From NCBI GenBank assembly GCA_964454865.1, contig CAYVTQ010000001.1, forward strand, positions 3,554 to 67,553: a DNA stretch of 64,000 nucleotides, read 5' to 3'. The notes beneath the pieces are model-generated. The model did not search any database. It worked only from the letters and a program-made list of their open reading frames with translations, and was not told where the DNA came from. Below, piece by piece: positions 1 through 9,184 of the stretch (its first letter is position 1; every line of letters begins with the position of its first letter). This DNA comes from an uncultured Methanosarcinales archaeon. GTDB taxonomy: Archaea; Nanobdellota; Nanobdellia; Woesearchaeales; GW2011-AR4. A program made the position numbers and the translations under genes.

Positions 1-1
1 G

Positions 2-253
2 CTTGGAAGCCCAATGCAGGATGGCAGGGTAAACAGCCCTTACGAATCTGGAGTTAAAGCCATTAATGCAGGAGTAATATCCGGTGGCAACACAACCGGC
101 TCAGCATTGCCAGTAAAAATGTCACGGGCTCTTGCTCTGTCATGGGAGGTGGGAAAAGGCATAGACTACCTGGAATTTAGGCGGCAGATGTACAAAAACC
201 ATATTGGAGAATTTGATGACAGAATTAAGGATAAGATGTTAAAAGCGGCTTAA
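2..253 (+). CDS. C-terminal part of an asparaginase/GatD-like protein (5' truncated by window edge)
   Basis: Frame open from position 2. GRVNSPYESGVKAINAGVISGGNTTGSALPVKMSRAL resembles the type I asparaginase/GatD C-terminal domain. Confidence 0.55.
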   Translation, partial: LGSPMQDGRVNSPYESGVKAINAGVISGGNTTGSALPVKMSRALALSWEVGKGIDYLEFRRQMYKNHIGEFDDRIKDKMLKAA

Positions 254-305
254 TTGGGGAAAAATGAAAGAACTAAATGAAGGCTTCTTCATAACTTGAA
301 CACAT

Positions 306-671
306 ATGTCAATAAAGATTAACACAGGAATACAATTGGAAGATTTAAGGCAGGAGTATATAAATATAATATTAGAAATCTGCAAAGAATGCGGTTTGCC
401 GCCAGCCCCTGTTGCATACGAAACTATCAGAGCAGAGTCTATTAAACAATATGTGCAGAGGCATCCTTCAGGTGTAGAATATCGGATAGACCCACATGGC
501 AGAGGGCAAAATAAACTAATCTTTTGCGGAAATTATCCCAAATCAGGAGACCCTCTTACTTTTTACGTTCAATTAATTCCGAATCATGAAGATGGTAGGA
601 GTACCCAAAAAATAAATAGGCATTTTGAGGAATTGGTTAATAGACACTTTAAAGAATTAAGAAAAATATGA
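306..671 (+). CDS. hypothetical protein (121 aa)
   Basis: ATG-started ORF, AT-rich, no recognisable motif. Confidence 0.55.
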   Translation: MSIKINTGIQLEDLRQEYINIILEICKECGLPPAPVAYETIRAESIKQYVQRHPSGVEYRIDPHGRGQNKLIFCGNYPKSGDPLTFYVQLIPNHEDGRSTQKINRHFEELVNRHFKELRKI

Positions 672-861
672 AATGGATATGTTTATGGGATAGACAGACT
701 GCATAGAAGATCAGTAGTAAGTTTCTTAAAACGGTCCAAATATTTATTCTTTCTTACATCATGCATTTGGTATTGATAAGGATTTTCTTGAAAGAAAATA
801 ATTATATATGGGCAGCGTGGTACGCTAAAGATTTAATTAAAAAGTATAAGGAGGCAATAAA

Positions 862-1173
862 ATGATGAAAGCAGTTTCTATAAGATTAGAGGAAGAATTC
901 GTACAAGAAGCTGAGAAACTGGCAAAGCTCGAAATGGTTGACAAATCTGCAATAATTAGGGAAGCACTGGAAAAAGGTTTTGCGGAAGTAAAGCTTAAAA
1001 TAGCTTTAGAATCGTTCAGCAGAGGAAAATCCTCAACAAGCGAAACTGCTAGAATTGCCGGTTTGAGCATAGGAGAAATGATGGACGAGATAGTTAAAAG
1101 GGGATTAAAGCCAAATATATCCAAGGAAGATATAAGTGGGAGCCTGAGCATGGCTTTAAGAGTTGTGAAGTGA
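862..1173 (+). CDS. UPF0175-family protein (RHH + HTH), putative antitoxin
   Basis: N-terminal AVSIRL..DKSAIIREAL ribbon-helix-helix; C-terminal S..ETARIAGLSIGEMM HTH; AGGAGG RBS upstream. Confidence 0.8.
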   Translation: MMKAVSIRLEEEFVQEAEKLAKLEMVDKSAIIREALEKGFAEVKLKIALESFSRGKSSTSETARIAGLSIGEMMDEIVKRGLKPNISKEDISGSLSMALRVVK

Positions 1174-1248
1174 ATTGGGAGGCTTTCAGGTATTTATACT
1201 TCCAAAGAAAGATGTTGCACATCTAAAACATAGGATCACTTGTTCGCC

Positions 1249-1959
1249 CTAACCTCTAAAATCCATAGAATCTAAGAAAAAATCAAATTCGCCAACCAAA
1301 TCTGTTATTTCTTGAATTAAGGGTTGCCTGTCTTCTTTTGGAAGCTTTTTTGCTTCTTTTGATATTGCTTCAAGAATCATGAACATCGAGTCCTCGAGAG
1401 GCTCTACTCCGCCAAAATTGTCCCAAATCTTGAAGCATTTTTTAAAGAGAGTGACCATATTATCCAGTTTTTCTGGCTGCTGCATGATTAAATCGTATAT
1501 ATCGTCAACATCTCCAACAAACTCGTCAATGTCTTCATCCTCATTCATATCAATTGAATTTATTGCTTTTTTAATGTCTTCAGTCTTATTGCTCAAGAAT
1601 TTCTTGAATTTTGGATTCAAAGTCAATATCTTATACAATATTGCTATTAGCTCTTCCTTTGGTTTCTTAATTAGCTGGTTCTTTATATTATCCCCAGTTT
1701 CGACATATTTATTTTTCCTTAACTCATAAATAACAGCAACTTCGTGCTTGCAGTTAAAACCATAAGGACAGGTGCATTTGAAATAGCTTTTTGTTAAATC
1801 TATAGTAACCCTATAATTCCTGTTTCCTACTACAACAGCTTTTGCTTTTTCTCCATCTATGATGAGATTTTTTACTCTGCCTTGTTTATAGTAATCATAG
1901 CCTCTTTCTATGATTTCGCTGCTAAAGTTGCTTTTTAAGCTTGGAATTTTGATTTTCAT
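1249..1959 (-). CDS. SWIM zinc-finger protein
   Basis: ERGYDYY..GRV start and CTCPYGFNCKH SWIM motif. Confidence 0.85.
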   Translation of the reverse strand: MKIKIPSLKSNFSSEIIERGYDYYKQGRVKNLIIDGEKAKAVVVGNRNYRVTIDLTKSYFKCTCPYGFNCKHEVAVIYELRKNKYVETGDNIKNQLIKKPKEELIAILYKILTLNPKFKKFLSNKTEDIKKAINSIDMNEDEDIDEFVGDVDDIYDLIMQQPEKLDNMVTLFKKCFKIWDNFGGVEPLEDSMFMILEAISKEAKKLPKEDRQPLIQEITDLVGEFDFFLDSMDFRG

Positions 1960-1960
1960 T

Positions 1961-2764
1961 TTAACTATCTAGCCCATCAAAAACATCCTTCTTAATATCC
2001 ATCTCCGCCACATTAAACCCTTCTGTCTTTATTTCAATACTCATCTCAGGATAAATCTTCAGACAAGCTTCTTTCAAATTCTCCAGAAAATTCAAAGAAA
2101 CAGTATTCAGTTCCCTCATATTCCCGTTAACCAGCCTCCCAAGGTTTGGCTGGAACTGCTGCAAAATCCACCTGCAATTCATCCCCTTTATTTCAGAAGC
2201 AATTCTTAAGATATGCTCCTTATTGAACATGACAGAAGGGGCTATTGTAGTCCTAACATCGACGTTTATCTTTTTATTCTCCTTCAATATGGAAATGCTT
2301 TCTTTAATACCTTTAATGGTGTCATCAGTAGGCTTGAAAAAAGTCCTTGATTTTGTTGTTTTCTCAAAGACAGCATCGTCAAAAGGTGCCTTTAGGTCAA
2401 GGGATAGATAATCAAGCAGATTTAAATCCAGCATCAGCCTTATTACGTGCGGATTACTGCCGTTTGTCTGCAGTCCTGCTTTCAACCCGAACTGCTTGGA
2501 GAACTTCGCAATTTCAATCAGGGAAGGCTTCTGCAGGCATGGCTCGCCGCCGGTAAAGTAGATATTGCTGCAGGAATAGGACAAGGACTTGATTTGAGAT
2601 TTTACATCCTTCAAATCCTTCAAAAATTCCTCTTTAAAATCGAGTATCTCAGAGGCGAAGCAGTAGGGGCATCTGAAATCACAGCCGGAAAAATACACCA
2701 CTATGGATGGCTTGTTGCTCCAGTCGGTTTTAGAAGCGGCAATGTCAGCAATATAAGCCTGCAT
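1961..2764 (-). CDS. nrdG: radical SAM anaerobic ribonucleotide reductase activating protein-like
   Basis: GCDFRCPYC CxxxCxxC, TGGEP, TNGS, DLKAP, RTT motifs. Confidence 0.75.
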   Translation of the reverse strand: MQAYIADIAASKTDWSNKPSIVVYFSGCDFRCPYCFASEILDFKEEFLKDLKDVKSQIKSLSYSCSNIYFTGGEPCLQKPSLIEIAKFSKQFGLKAGLQTNGSNPHVIRLMLDLNLLDYLSLDLKAPFDDAVFEKTTKSRTFFKPTDDTIKGIKESISILKENKKINVDVRTTIAPSVMFNKEHILRIASEIKGMNCRWILQQFQPNLGRLVNGNMRELNTVSLNFLENLKEACLKIYPEMSIEIKTEGFNVAEMDIKKDVFDGLDS

Positions 2765-2807
2765 AAATAAGCACCGGGAAACAGAACAAGCACGGCATTA
2801 ATAAAGC

Positions 2808-2912
2808 TTATTGCTTGGTTTTCTTCTTCTTCGCTTCCTCTTCCTCTTCTTCCTTGAAGTCGCCTAAAGTCTTGTTTTTCTTTATGGTATTGTAGCTTAT
2901 GCTGTTGTTCAT
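2808..2912 (-). CDS. small charged protein, 34 aa (MNNSISYNTIKKNKTLGDFKEEEEEEAKKKKTKQ), not in ORF track
   Basis: Translated by hand. ATG 12 nt after the dut stop with GAGG RBS-like sequence; Glu/Lys-rich codon pattern. Confidence 0.55.
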   Translation of the reverse strand: MNNSISYNTIKKNKTLGDFKEEEEEEAKKKKTKQ

Positions 2913-2924
2913 TTTTGCCTCTTT

Positions 2925-3353
2925 TTAATGCGTGCCGGTGCTTCCGAATCCGCCTTCGCCGCGTTTAGTGCCGCCCAATGACTCCGATTCAATAAACTCG
3001 ACTTTTGGCACAGGATGGATAAGAAGCTGCGCAATCTTCATTCCTTTTGTAATTTTAAAGCTCTCTTTTCCAAGATTTATCATGACTATTTTTAGCTCTC
3101 CCCTGTAGCCTGAGTCTATGACTCCTGCAATGTTATGCACAGAATATTTTGAGGCAATGCCGCTTTTGTCCCATATCAGTCCGGCGTAGCCCTCAGGGAT
3201 CGCTATCTTCAGTCCTGTAGAGACCAGCTTTCTTTCCATCGGCCTTAATTCGCAGTCTTCAGCAGAATGCAGGTCGGCGCCGGCGTCTCCATCATGGGCA
3301 TAGGAAGGGGTTTTTACATCTGCTACTTTGTGGACCGTGATTTGCAATGCCAT
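2925..3353 (-). CDS. dut: dUTP diphosphatase
   Basis: AGADL, KSG, GVIDSGYRGE, IAQL, RGEGGFGSTG motifs. Confidence 0.96.
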   Translation of the reverse strand: MALQITVHKVADVKTPSYAHDGDAGADLHSAEDCELRPMERKLVSTGLKIAIPEGYAGLIWDKSGIASKYSVHNIAGVIDSGYRGELKIVMINLGKESFKITKGMKIAQLLIHPVPKVEFIESESLGGTKRGEGGFGSTGTH

Positions 3354-3444
3354 TTTAGAAAAATTGATTTTTAACAGGATCAGTTATATTTAAATTATTC
3401 TAATGTTAAAAATATAGTTTGATTTGGCTGTGTTAAATCATAAA

Positions 3445-3951
3445 TCAGTCTTTCTGCTTAAAAGACATTATTGATGACAGCTTGTGCTCAACCACTTTCC
3501 CGCTGTCCGCCTGAATCTTCATATTGAGGGTATTGAAGGCGGCAGTCACAAAGGTTATGTTCCAGATTGTCCCTATATCTTCCAGATTCTGGAGTATTGC
3601 AATGATCTTGACCGGCTGGTCATGGGGATATTTCTTATGCTGAAAATTCTTTGCGCTTTCAACAATAGAGCCTATCTTAAGCTTGATTTTTCCTGTGTCT
3701 ATGGGCAGGACATCCATTGACTCTTTCTTGAATATCTCCTCTTCAGGCTTCATCTCAACAGAATCGTCTCCAACAATGAAAGTGGTTATCTTATCAATAG
3801 CCTTGTCATAGTGCCCTATCTGCCAGTTATTTTCTCCTGAATCCATCAGCATCCTGAAAGCATAAGAGAAATAGCTTTTTGGCTTTGATTTCTTCCATGA
3901 GCTGAATTTTTTATCAGCTTCAAGCTTCTTCAGCGCCTGCTCCAGTTCCAT
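3445..3951 (-). CDS. conserved hypothetical protein (start probably MELEQ at 3951)
   Basis: Long ORF; the upstream extension in the track overlaps the divergent promoter and taw1. Confidence 0.75.
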   Translation of the reverse strand: MELEQALKKLEADKKFSSWKKSKPKSYFSYAFRMLMDSGENNWQIGHYDKAIDKITTFIVGDDSVEMKPEEEIFKKESMDVLPIDTGKIKLKIGSIVESAKNFQHKKYPHDQPVKIIAILQNLEDIGTIWNITFVTAAFNTLNMKIQADSGKVVEHKLSSIMSFKQKD

Positions 3952-3969
3952 AAAATTGCATAAAATATG

Positions 3970-3985
3970 AAAATTTATATATCTT
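3970..3985. promoter_or_regulatory. shared TATA-like box of a divergent promoter
   Basis: aaaatttatatatct lies about 20-30 nt from both divergent ATGs (3951 minus, 4006 plus), consistent with leaderless archaeal transcripts. Confidence 0.5.
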
Positions 3986-4005
3986 TGGAAATAACTTAGG
4001 CAAAT

Positions 4006-4956
4006 ATGATTACTGCAGAAGTGCAACTAAAGCTGAAGAAGCAACAGTACGGGATAGTAGGCAACCACACAAGAGTCAAGGTCTGCCACTGGACCAAAAG
4101 CGACCTGAAAGGCAAAGGGGGCTGCTATAAGCAGAAGTTCTATGGAATCAACAGCCACCAATGCCTGCAGATGACCCCTACATTCTCCTGCAACAACGCC
4201 TGCATTTTCTGCTGGCGTGACTTAAGGTATCACACAGAGCCTGCAATGGAAGGCGGCATTGACACCCCTGAAGAGATAGTCAAAGGCACAATAGAGATGC
4301 AGAGAAAGCTTCTTTCAGGATTTGGCGGCAATGAAAACGCAGACAGGGAGAAGCTGGAGAGGGCTAAGCAGCCAAAGCACGTTGCAATATCCCTTGACGG
4401 GGAGCCTACCATGTATCCAAAGCTCAAGGAATTGATAAGAGAATACAAGAAAAACGGATTTTCAACATTTCTGGTTTCAAACGGCTTGATTCCGGAAAGG
4501 ATAGAGCAGCTGTATGACGAGCCCCCAACCCAGCTGTATATTTCCGTCGATGCTCCAAATGAGCGGCTTTTCAATGAAATAGACAGGCCTATAATAAAGA
4601 ATGCATGGCGGGGCTTGTACAGGACATTAAGCCTGCTTCCCAAAATGAGGGAGAAAATGAGGACAGTATTGAGGTTTACAATAATAAAAGGCATGAATGA
4701 TGTTTATCCGGAACAGTGGGCTGAAATAATAAAATTAAGCAATCCTATGTTCATTGAGGTCAAGTCTTACATGTGGATTGGCATGTCTCGCGAGAGATTG
4801 AAGCAGGAGAACATGATGACTCACAAGGAAATAAGGGATTTCTCGTTGGAGATTGCAAAGCATGCTGATTACAAATTGATAGACGAGCAGCCAGTTTCAA
4901 GAGTAGTGCTGCTGATGAAAGAGGATTTTGAGGGAAGGGTTATGGAGTTTTATTAA
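4006..4956 (+). CDS. taw1: 4-demethylwyosine synthase (radical SAM, archaeal Taw1/TYW1)
   Basis: VKVCHWTK, CYKQKFYGINSHQCLQMTP, CNNACIFCWR, HVAISLDGEP, EVKSY motifs. Confidence 0.95.
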   Translation: MITAEVQLKLKKQQYGIVGNHTRVKVCHWTKSDLKGKGGCYKQKFYGINSHQCLQMTPTFSCNNACIFCWRDLRYHTEPAMEGGIDTPEEIVKGTIEMQRKLLSGFGGNENADREKLERAKQPKHVAISLDGEPTMYPKLKELIREYKKNGFSTFLVSNGLIPERIEQLYDEPPTQLYISVDAPNERLFNEIDRPIIKNAWRGLYRTLSLLPKMREKMRTVLRFTIIKGMNDVYPEQWAEIIKLSNPMFIEVKSYMWIGMSRERLKQENMMTHKEIRDFSLEIAKHADYKLIDEQPVSRVVLLMKEDFEGRVMEFY

Positions 4957-4997
4957 TTTATTTTAGAAATAAAATTAACATTTAAAATTACAAATAA

Positions 4998-5495
4998 TTA
5001 ACGAAATAACTTACCCATCTTAATAAGCAAATCTATCTTTTCTCTATCCAAAGAATCAGCATTTCTAGATGCTATTTTCTTAAGTCTGTTAGTTATAAAT
5101 TTATTTGTAACAGATTTATTTAGCCTTTTCAATGATTTCGCTATGTATCCTACTAGATAAAAAAAATTTTCCGTTTTGTTATAACCTTTAGAAACAAATC
5201 CATATTCAATTGCAGCTATAAAAATACCTAGAGCATAACCTAAGTTCTTGGCTATGTCCTCGTTAAGTTCACCTTCGCATTTATCAAGTAACTGATGGCA
5301 TGAATTTATCGATTGTACTGTTTCAATTGTGATTCTCGCTATATAGTGTCCTTGATCTCTTGAACTTTTTGTTGTTAACTCAAATTGTTTGTTTAAATCA
5401 AGAAGTCGCCTTTTTGACAGGTTATAGTGTGACAGAAACCCTTTAAGGAAGATTAGCCTTAACTCATTAAGTCTTTTTTTATCAATCTTTTTCAA
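4998..5495 (-). CDS. hypothetical protein (AT-rich)
   Basis: 165-aa ORF, TTG start, no motif. Confidence 0.5.
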   Translation of the reverse strand: MKKIDKKRLNELRLIFLKGFLSHYNLSKRRLLDLNKQFELTTKSSRDQGHYIARITIETVQSINSCHQLLDKCEGELNEDIAKNLGYALGIFIAAIEYGFVSKGYNKTENFFYLVGYIAKSLKRLNKSVTNKFITNRLKKIASRNADSLDREKIDLLIKMGKLFR

Positions 5496-5509
5496 TGTAT
5501 CTTGAAAGA

Positions 5510-5590
5510 TTAAGTCAAATTCATCTCAGCTACGGCTTGATCTTGCTTCTCTTCTTTCTTCTTTCTAAGAAATTCAAATATTCTCCACAT
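5510..5590 (-). CDS. small protein, 26 aa (MWRIFEFLRKKKEEKQDQAVAEMNLT), not in ORF track
   Basis: Hand-translated. A TATA-like aaagtttttata lies about 25 nt upstream on the minus strand. Confidence 0.4.
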   Translation of the reverse strand: MWRIFEFLRKKKEEKQDQAVAEMNLT

Positions 5591-5626
5591 TTGAGAATTA
5601 TTATTAGAAGATGTATAAAAACTTTG

Positions 5627-6220
5627 TTAAATTTTTATTATCCTCCCAAACATCCCCGGATTAACAACTCTGGTATTCTTTATCTCGTCTTCCTTCCCAA
5701 AGTTCTCGTGCAGATGCCCGCAGATATGCAAATCAATCTTGGATTTCTCAACAAAGTGCCTTAAGGTCTTGTTGCCGCAATGCTCTCCATTAAGATTGTC
5801 TAGCTTAGTTTTGTAAGGCGGCGCATGAGTTAGAAAAACTATTTTTTGGTCTTTGTTTTTTGCCATAATATCCTCAAATTTTTCTCCTGTTTTCTTAAAG
5901 TCATTGTCCACCATCGAGAATCCTCCGCCGCCATATCCTAAAAATAAGGAATTTCCAACAATCAAATGTTTCTTATGGATAAAATGTATATTTTTCAAAT
6001 TTACGTTAAAGCTGCCGGGATCTTCATGGTTGCCATGAATAATGGCAACAGGCTTTCCAATGCTGTTCAGTTCTCTAAGAAAGGACATAAGCCTGTTTTC
6101 AAATACTGAAATATCGCCGGCGCAGGCCAGGACATCTGGATTGTGAAGCCTTGCATTCAATTTTATTTTTCTATACGCCGCCTTCGAGCCGTGCATGTCA
6201 GTAAAAGCCAGTATTCTCAT
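5627..6220 (-). CDS. metallophosphoesterase (calcineurin-like)
   Basis: DMH, GD, GNHE, THAPP, GHLHE, NPG motifs. Confidence 0.92.
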   Translation of the reverse strand: MRILAFTDMHGSKAAYRKIKLNARLHNPDVLACAGDISVFENRLMSFLRELNSIGKPVAIIHGNHEDPGSFNVNLKNIHFIHKKHLIVGNSLFLGYGGGGFSMVDNDFKKTGEKFEDIMAKNKDQKIVFLTHAPPYKTKLDNLNGEHCGNKTLRHFVEKSKIDLHICGHLHENFGKEDEIKNTRVVNPGMFGRIIKI

Positions 6221-6243
6221 TTGAAGCCAAAGAATAAGGTTAT

Positions 6244-7428
6244 TTATAAATTATAATAGTCCTCAAGTATAATCTCATCAACATTCTCAGAATCCTTTGC
6301 AACATACAGCCTCCCGTTCCCGATTTCAACAATCTTTTCGGCCAGCTCCCTGCCTTTTGAATCCAGATTTATTCCAATCAGCGAGATTGTAATTCCATTA
6401 TTCCTTGCTATTGAGACTTCTTCCAAAGTTTCCTTTTCAGGATTTTTTCCCTTTGTCGGCAGCGCATCAGTAAGCAAGATAAGGTGCTTTGTTATTTTTT
6501 CAGAAGGGAAAAGCTCAATGCATTTTCTCAGGGTAGCTGCCAAATCCGTCTCTTTCGAAGGCATTATTTTGGTTATTTCGCCTATTATCCTAGTGAAATC
6601 CGATGTCGGCTCGATTGCAGTCTTGATGTCGGAGCCAAACACTATCAGCCCCACTTTGTCTTTTTCATTTATTGCCTTGTATGCCAGTGCAATGCCGGCT
6701 TTCTTGCACGACTCCACTTTTTTGCCCTTCATCGAGCCTGAAGCATCAAGCGCATAGACTATGTATGCCTGGCCCCTGCTTTGCGTTTCGTGAACCTGCA
6801 GGTCGCCCATCTCTATCCTGCCGTGCCTTCTTCTTATTGCTGTTTTTATTGAGCTCTTTAAAGCAATGTCCCTGTACCTTTCTCCTTTCTTGAATCTCCT
6901 GAATCCTTCTTTCTCGCCATAATGCGCATTTTCCTTGTGGGTTTTTTCCCCAAGAAGCCCTTTCGGCACTATCTTGTCGAGTTCCTGGAAATATAAGACA
7001 AGAGAAGCCAATTCATAGCCTTTATTGGAGATTCCATGGTCCGCTCCTACAAAGCCTTTCTCTTTTAATTCCTGCATTTTCCTGCTTATCCTTTCCCTCA
7101 GCTCTCTTTGGAACTCAGGCACTCCTGCGTTTTTCTTTATGTAATCCGGCTCGTACCCAGAAACCAGCCTTATCAAAGACTCGCCAAATATCTGCTTGGC
7201 AATTGAATAATTCCTTACCAGCTGCTCAAACATCAGGTCGGGAGTAAAGCTGCCCATTCCTTGGTTTATGGCATCGCTGATAAGCTTGCCGTCGTCTATG
7301 GTTTTTTTGTCGTTTTCCAGCACAGAATGCATGAATTTGTCTTCCAGATCCTGAAATGAAAGGCTCCCCTGCATTTCCTCTGCTTTCGAGAATTCCTTGA
7401 CTTGAACAGCGGCGTTACCCTTCACCAC
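6244..7428 (-). CDS. VWA-domain protein (ChlD-like), partner of AAA ATPase
   Basis: MIDAS DASGSM, T, LLTD residues. Confidence 0.9.
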   Translation of the reverse strand: MVKGNAAVQVKEFSKAEEMQGSLSFQDLEDKFMHSVLENDKKTIDDGKLISDAINQGMGSFTPDLMFEQLVRNYSIAKQIFGESLIRLVSGYEPDYIKKNAGVPEFQRELRERISRKMQELKEKGFVGADHGISNKGYELASLVLYFQELDKIVPKGLLGEKTHKENAHYGEKEGFRRFKKGERYRDIALKSSIKTAIRRRHGRIEMGDLQVHETQSRGQAYIVYALDASGSMKGKKVESCKKAGIALAYKAINEKDKVGLIVFGSDIKTAIEPTSDFTRIIGEITKIMPSKETDLAATLRKCIELFPSEKITKHLILLTDALPTKGKNPEKETLEEVSIARNNGITISLIGINLDSKGRELAEKIVEIGNGRLYVAKDSENVDEIILEDYYNL

Positions 7429-8368
7429 CGTCGTCCCTTTCCTGCAGCTCCCTTGTTAACGCCTGCTTGAAGTCTTTTTTGAACGATCCCCTGATGAAAT
7501 CCTCTGCTGTCTGCAGATATTTTACAGAAGGCTTGAGCCTTATCCTGTGCGACAAAACAGAGGAAATCACATTCTCAATATCCTCGATTGAAACCTCTTT
7601 TCTGCCGTTCAATAATGCATTTGCCTGCGCCCGTTCATACAATCCGATAGAAGCCCTCACAGAAGGCTTTTTCTCAAGCTTGTCGCTTTCTCTCAGCAAT
7701 CTTATGAAAGAAATGCTTGCCCTTAGCAATTCATCATCAAACTCTGCCAGTTTTTTGCCTTTTTCAACAACAATGTTTTGCTCAATAGGCAGGCTTTCAG
7801 GGTGATCCATATAAACGATGTCAAACCTGTCCAATAAAACATCAGACAGCTTTTCCGTAGAGGTATCTTCTGGATTCATTGTCCCTATGAAAACAAAATC
7901 AACGCCAAAATCAACGTCATAAGAGCCGATTGTCGCTTTTTTCTCCTCAAGCACCTGCAATAAGGCATTCTGCAGCTTTTCCGGGCATCTGTTCAGCTCA
8001 TCAAAAAACAATACTCCGCCGTCTGCCTTGAAAATCTTGCCCTTGGTAAAAGCTTCCAATGACAATGGCCCGTATTTCATCGCCTTGATTGGATCAATGT
8101 CTCCCAATAGGTCTTCAACAGCGAGATCAGGGGAGCCCTGTATCCTGACAAATTTTGCATGGTTTTTGCTGTTTTTCTTATTTGGCAGAAGGCCGGCAAC
8201 ATTTTTTGCCAAAGTAGTCTTTCCAACGCCGGGAGGGCCTATAATCAGGATATTCCTGTTGCTAAGCAGGGCTGACTTTACCCCAAGTTTTGTATTCTCC
8301 TGCCCCTTTATGTCTGTAAAAGGGTCTTTGGTTTTCAATAATGCGTTTTTTAGCTCTTCTGACAGCAT
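7415..8368 (-). CDS. MoxR/ChlI-like AAA+ ATPase (start probably MLSEE at 8368)
   Basis: Walker A GPPGVGKT, Walker B LFFDELNR, TMNP, LLDRF. Confidence 0.92.
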   Translation of the reverse strand: MLSEELKNALLKTKDPFTDIKGQENTKLGVKSALLSNRNILIIGPPGVGKTTLAKNVAGLLPNKKNSKNHAKFVRIQGSPDLAVEDLLGDIDPIKAMKYGPLSLEAFTKGKIFKADGGVLFFDELNRCPEKLQNALLQVLEEKKATIGSYDVDFGVDFVFIGTMNPEDTSTEKLSDVLLDRFDIVYMDHPESLPIEQNIVVEKGKKLAEFDDELLRASISFIRLLRESDKLEKKPSVRASIGLYERAQANALLNGRKEVSIEDIENVISSVLSHRIRLKPSVKYLQTAEDFIRGSFKKDFKQALTRELQERDDGGEG

Positions 8369-8420
8369 TTTAAATCGTGAAGTTATGGCGCTGGGTTTTA
8401 TAAACGTTCTGGTAAAAAAA

Positions 8421-8525
8421 GGCATTGAAAAGCCTTGCATTGCTCGAAAATCAACAGACTGCCATAATTGGATTTTCGGCACCACCTGCGGTGGAATTGA
8501 TGGCAACCTATATCTTTTCAATGCC
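8421..8525. mobile_element. MITE-like element copy 1 (105 bp)
   Basis: Perfect 12-bp TIR ggcattgaaaag/cttttcaatgcc; contains the shared tgctcgaa..ttcggca hairpin module; no TSD seen. Confidence 0.75.
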
Positions 8526-8579
8526 ACCTTTAAAAAGGAAAACTTATATAAACTTATCTCAGCCCCTTCACGTTAATTA

Positions 8580-9155
8580 ATGATGGCAAAAATCAAAAAT
8601 TATGCCGGAAAATCGCACTCAAATTTTGAGTATAGGGAACAGAATCAGGAAGTGTATTACGCTGTTGGCGACATAGTCAAGATTAGCAAAAATGATATCC
8701 AATTATTCAGAAGAAAGACTATGCAAAACAAGCGTTTGAGGAGCAGATTGTGCACCCATAAAGACATACATGATAATCTCCACGAGATGTTCATCATGTA
8801 CTCCAAAGCTGCTTATATAAGGCCGCATAGGCATCCTAATAAAAGCGTATCCTATCACATAGTTGAAGGCTGCGTTGACGTCATTTTATTTAATGAGGCG
8901 GGAAATGTAAAAGAAATAATCCGGATGGGGGATTACTTAACCGGCCTTACTTTTTATTTCCGCATTTCCGACCCGCACTATTATATGCCAATACCAAGAT
9001 CCGATTTTTTGGTTTTTGAGGAGATTACAAATGGGCCCTTCAACGATTCCCATACCGTATTTGCTCCATGGGCCCCTGATGATGGCGATAACTTTGCTGT
9101 TAAAAAATTTATGAATGCATTAGAAGTCAAGATTAAAAGGTGGCCCTCGAATTAA
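8580..9155 (+). CDS. WbuC-family cupin-fold metalloprotein
   Basis: RSRLCTH..LHEM..YIRPHRHPNK..GPF..FAPWAP pattern. Confidence 0.85.
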   Translation: MMAKIKNYAGKSHSNFEYREQNQEVYYAVGDIVKISKNDIQLFRRKTMQNKRLRSRLCTHKDIHDNLHEMFIMYSKAAYIRPHRHPNKSVSYHIVEGCVDVILFNEAGNVKEIIRMGDYLTGLTFYFRISDPHYYMPIPRSDFLVFEEITNGPFNDSHTVFAPWAPDDGDNFAVKKFMNALEVKIKRWPSN

Positions 9156-9184
9156 GCTCTTTCAATAATCTTAGGAGTATAGGA

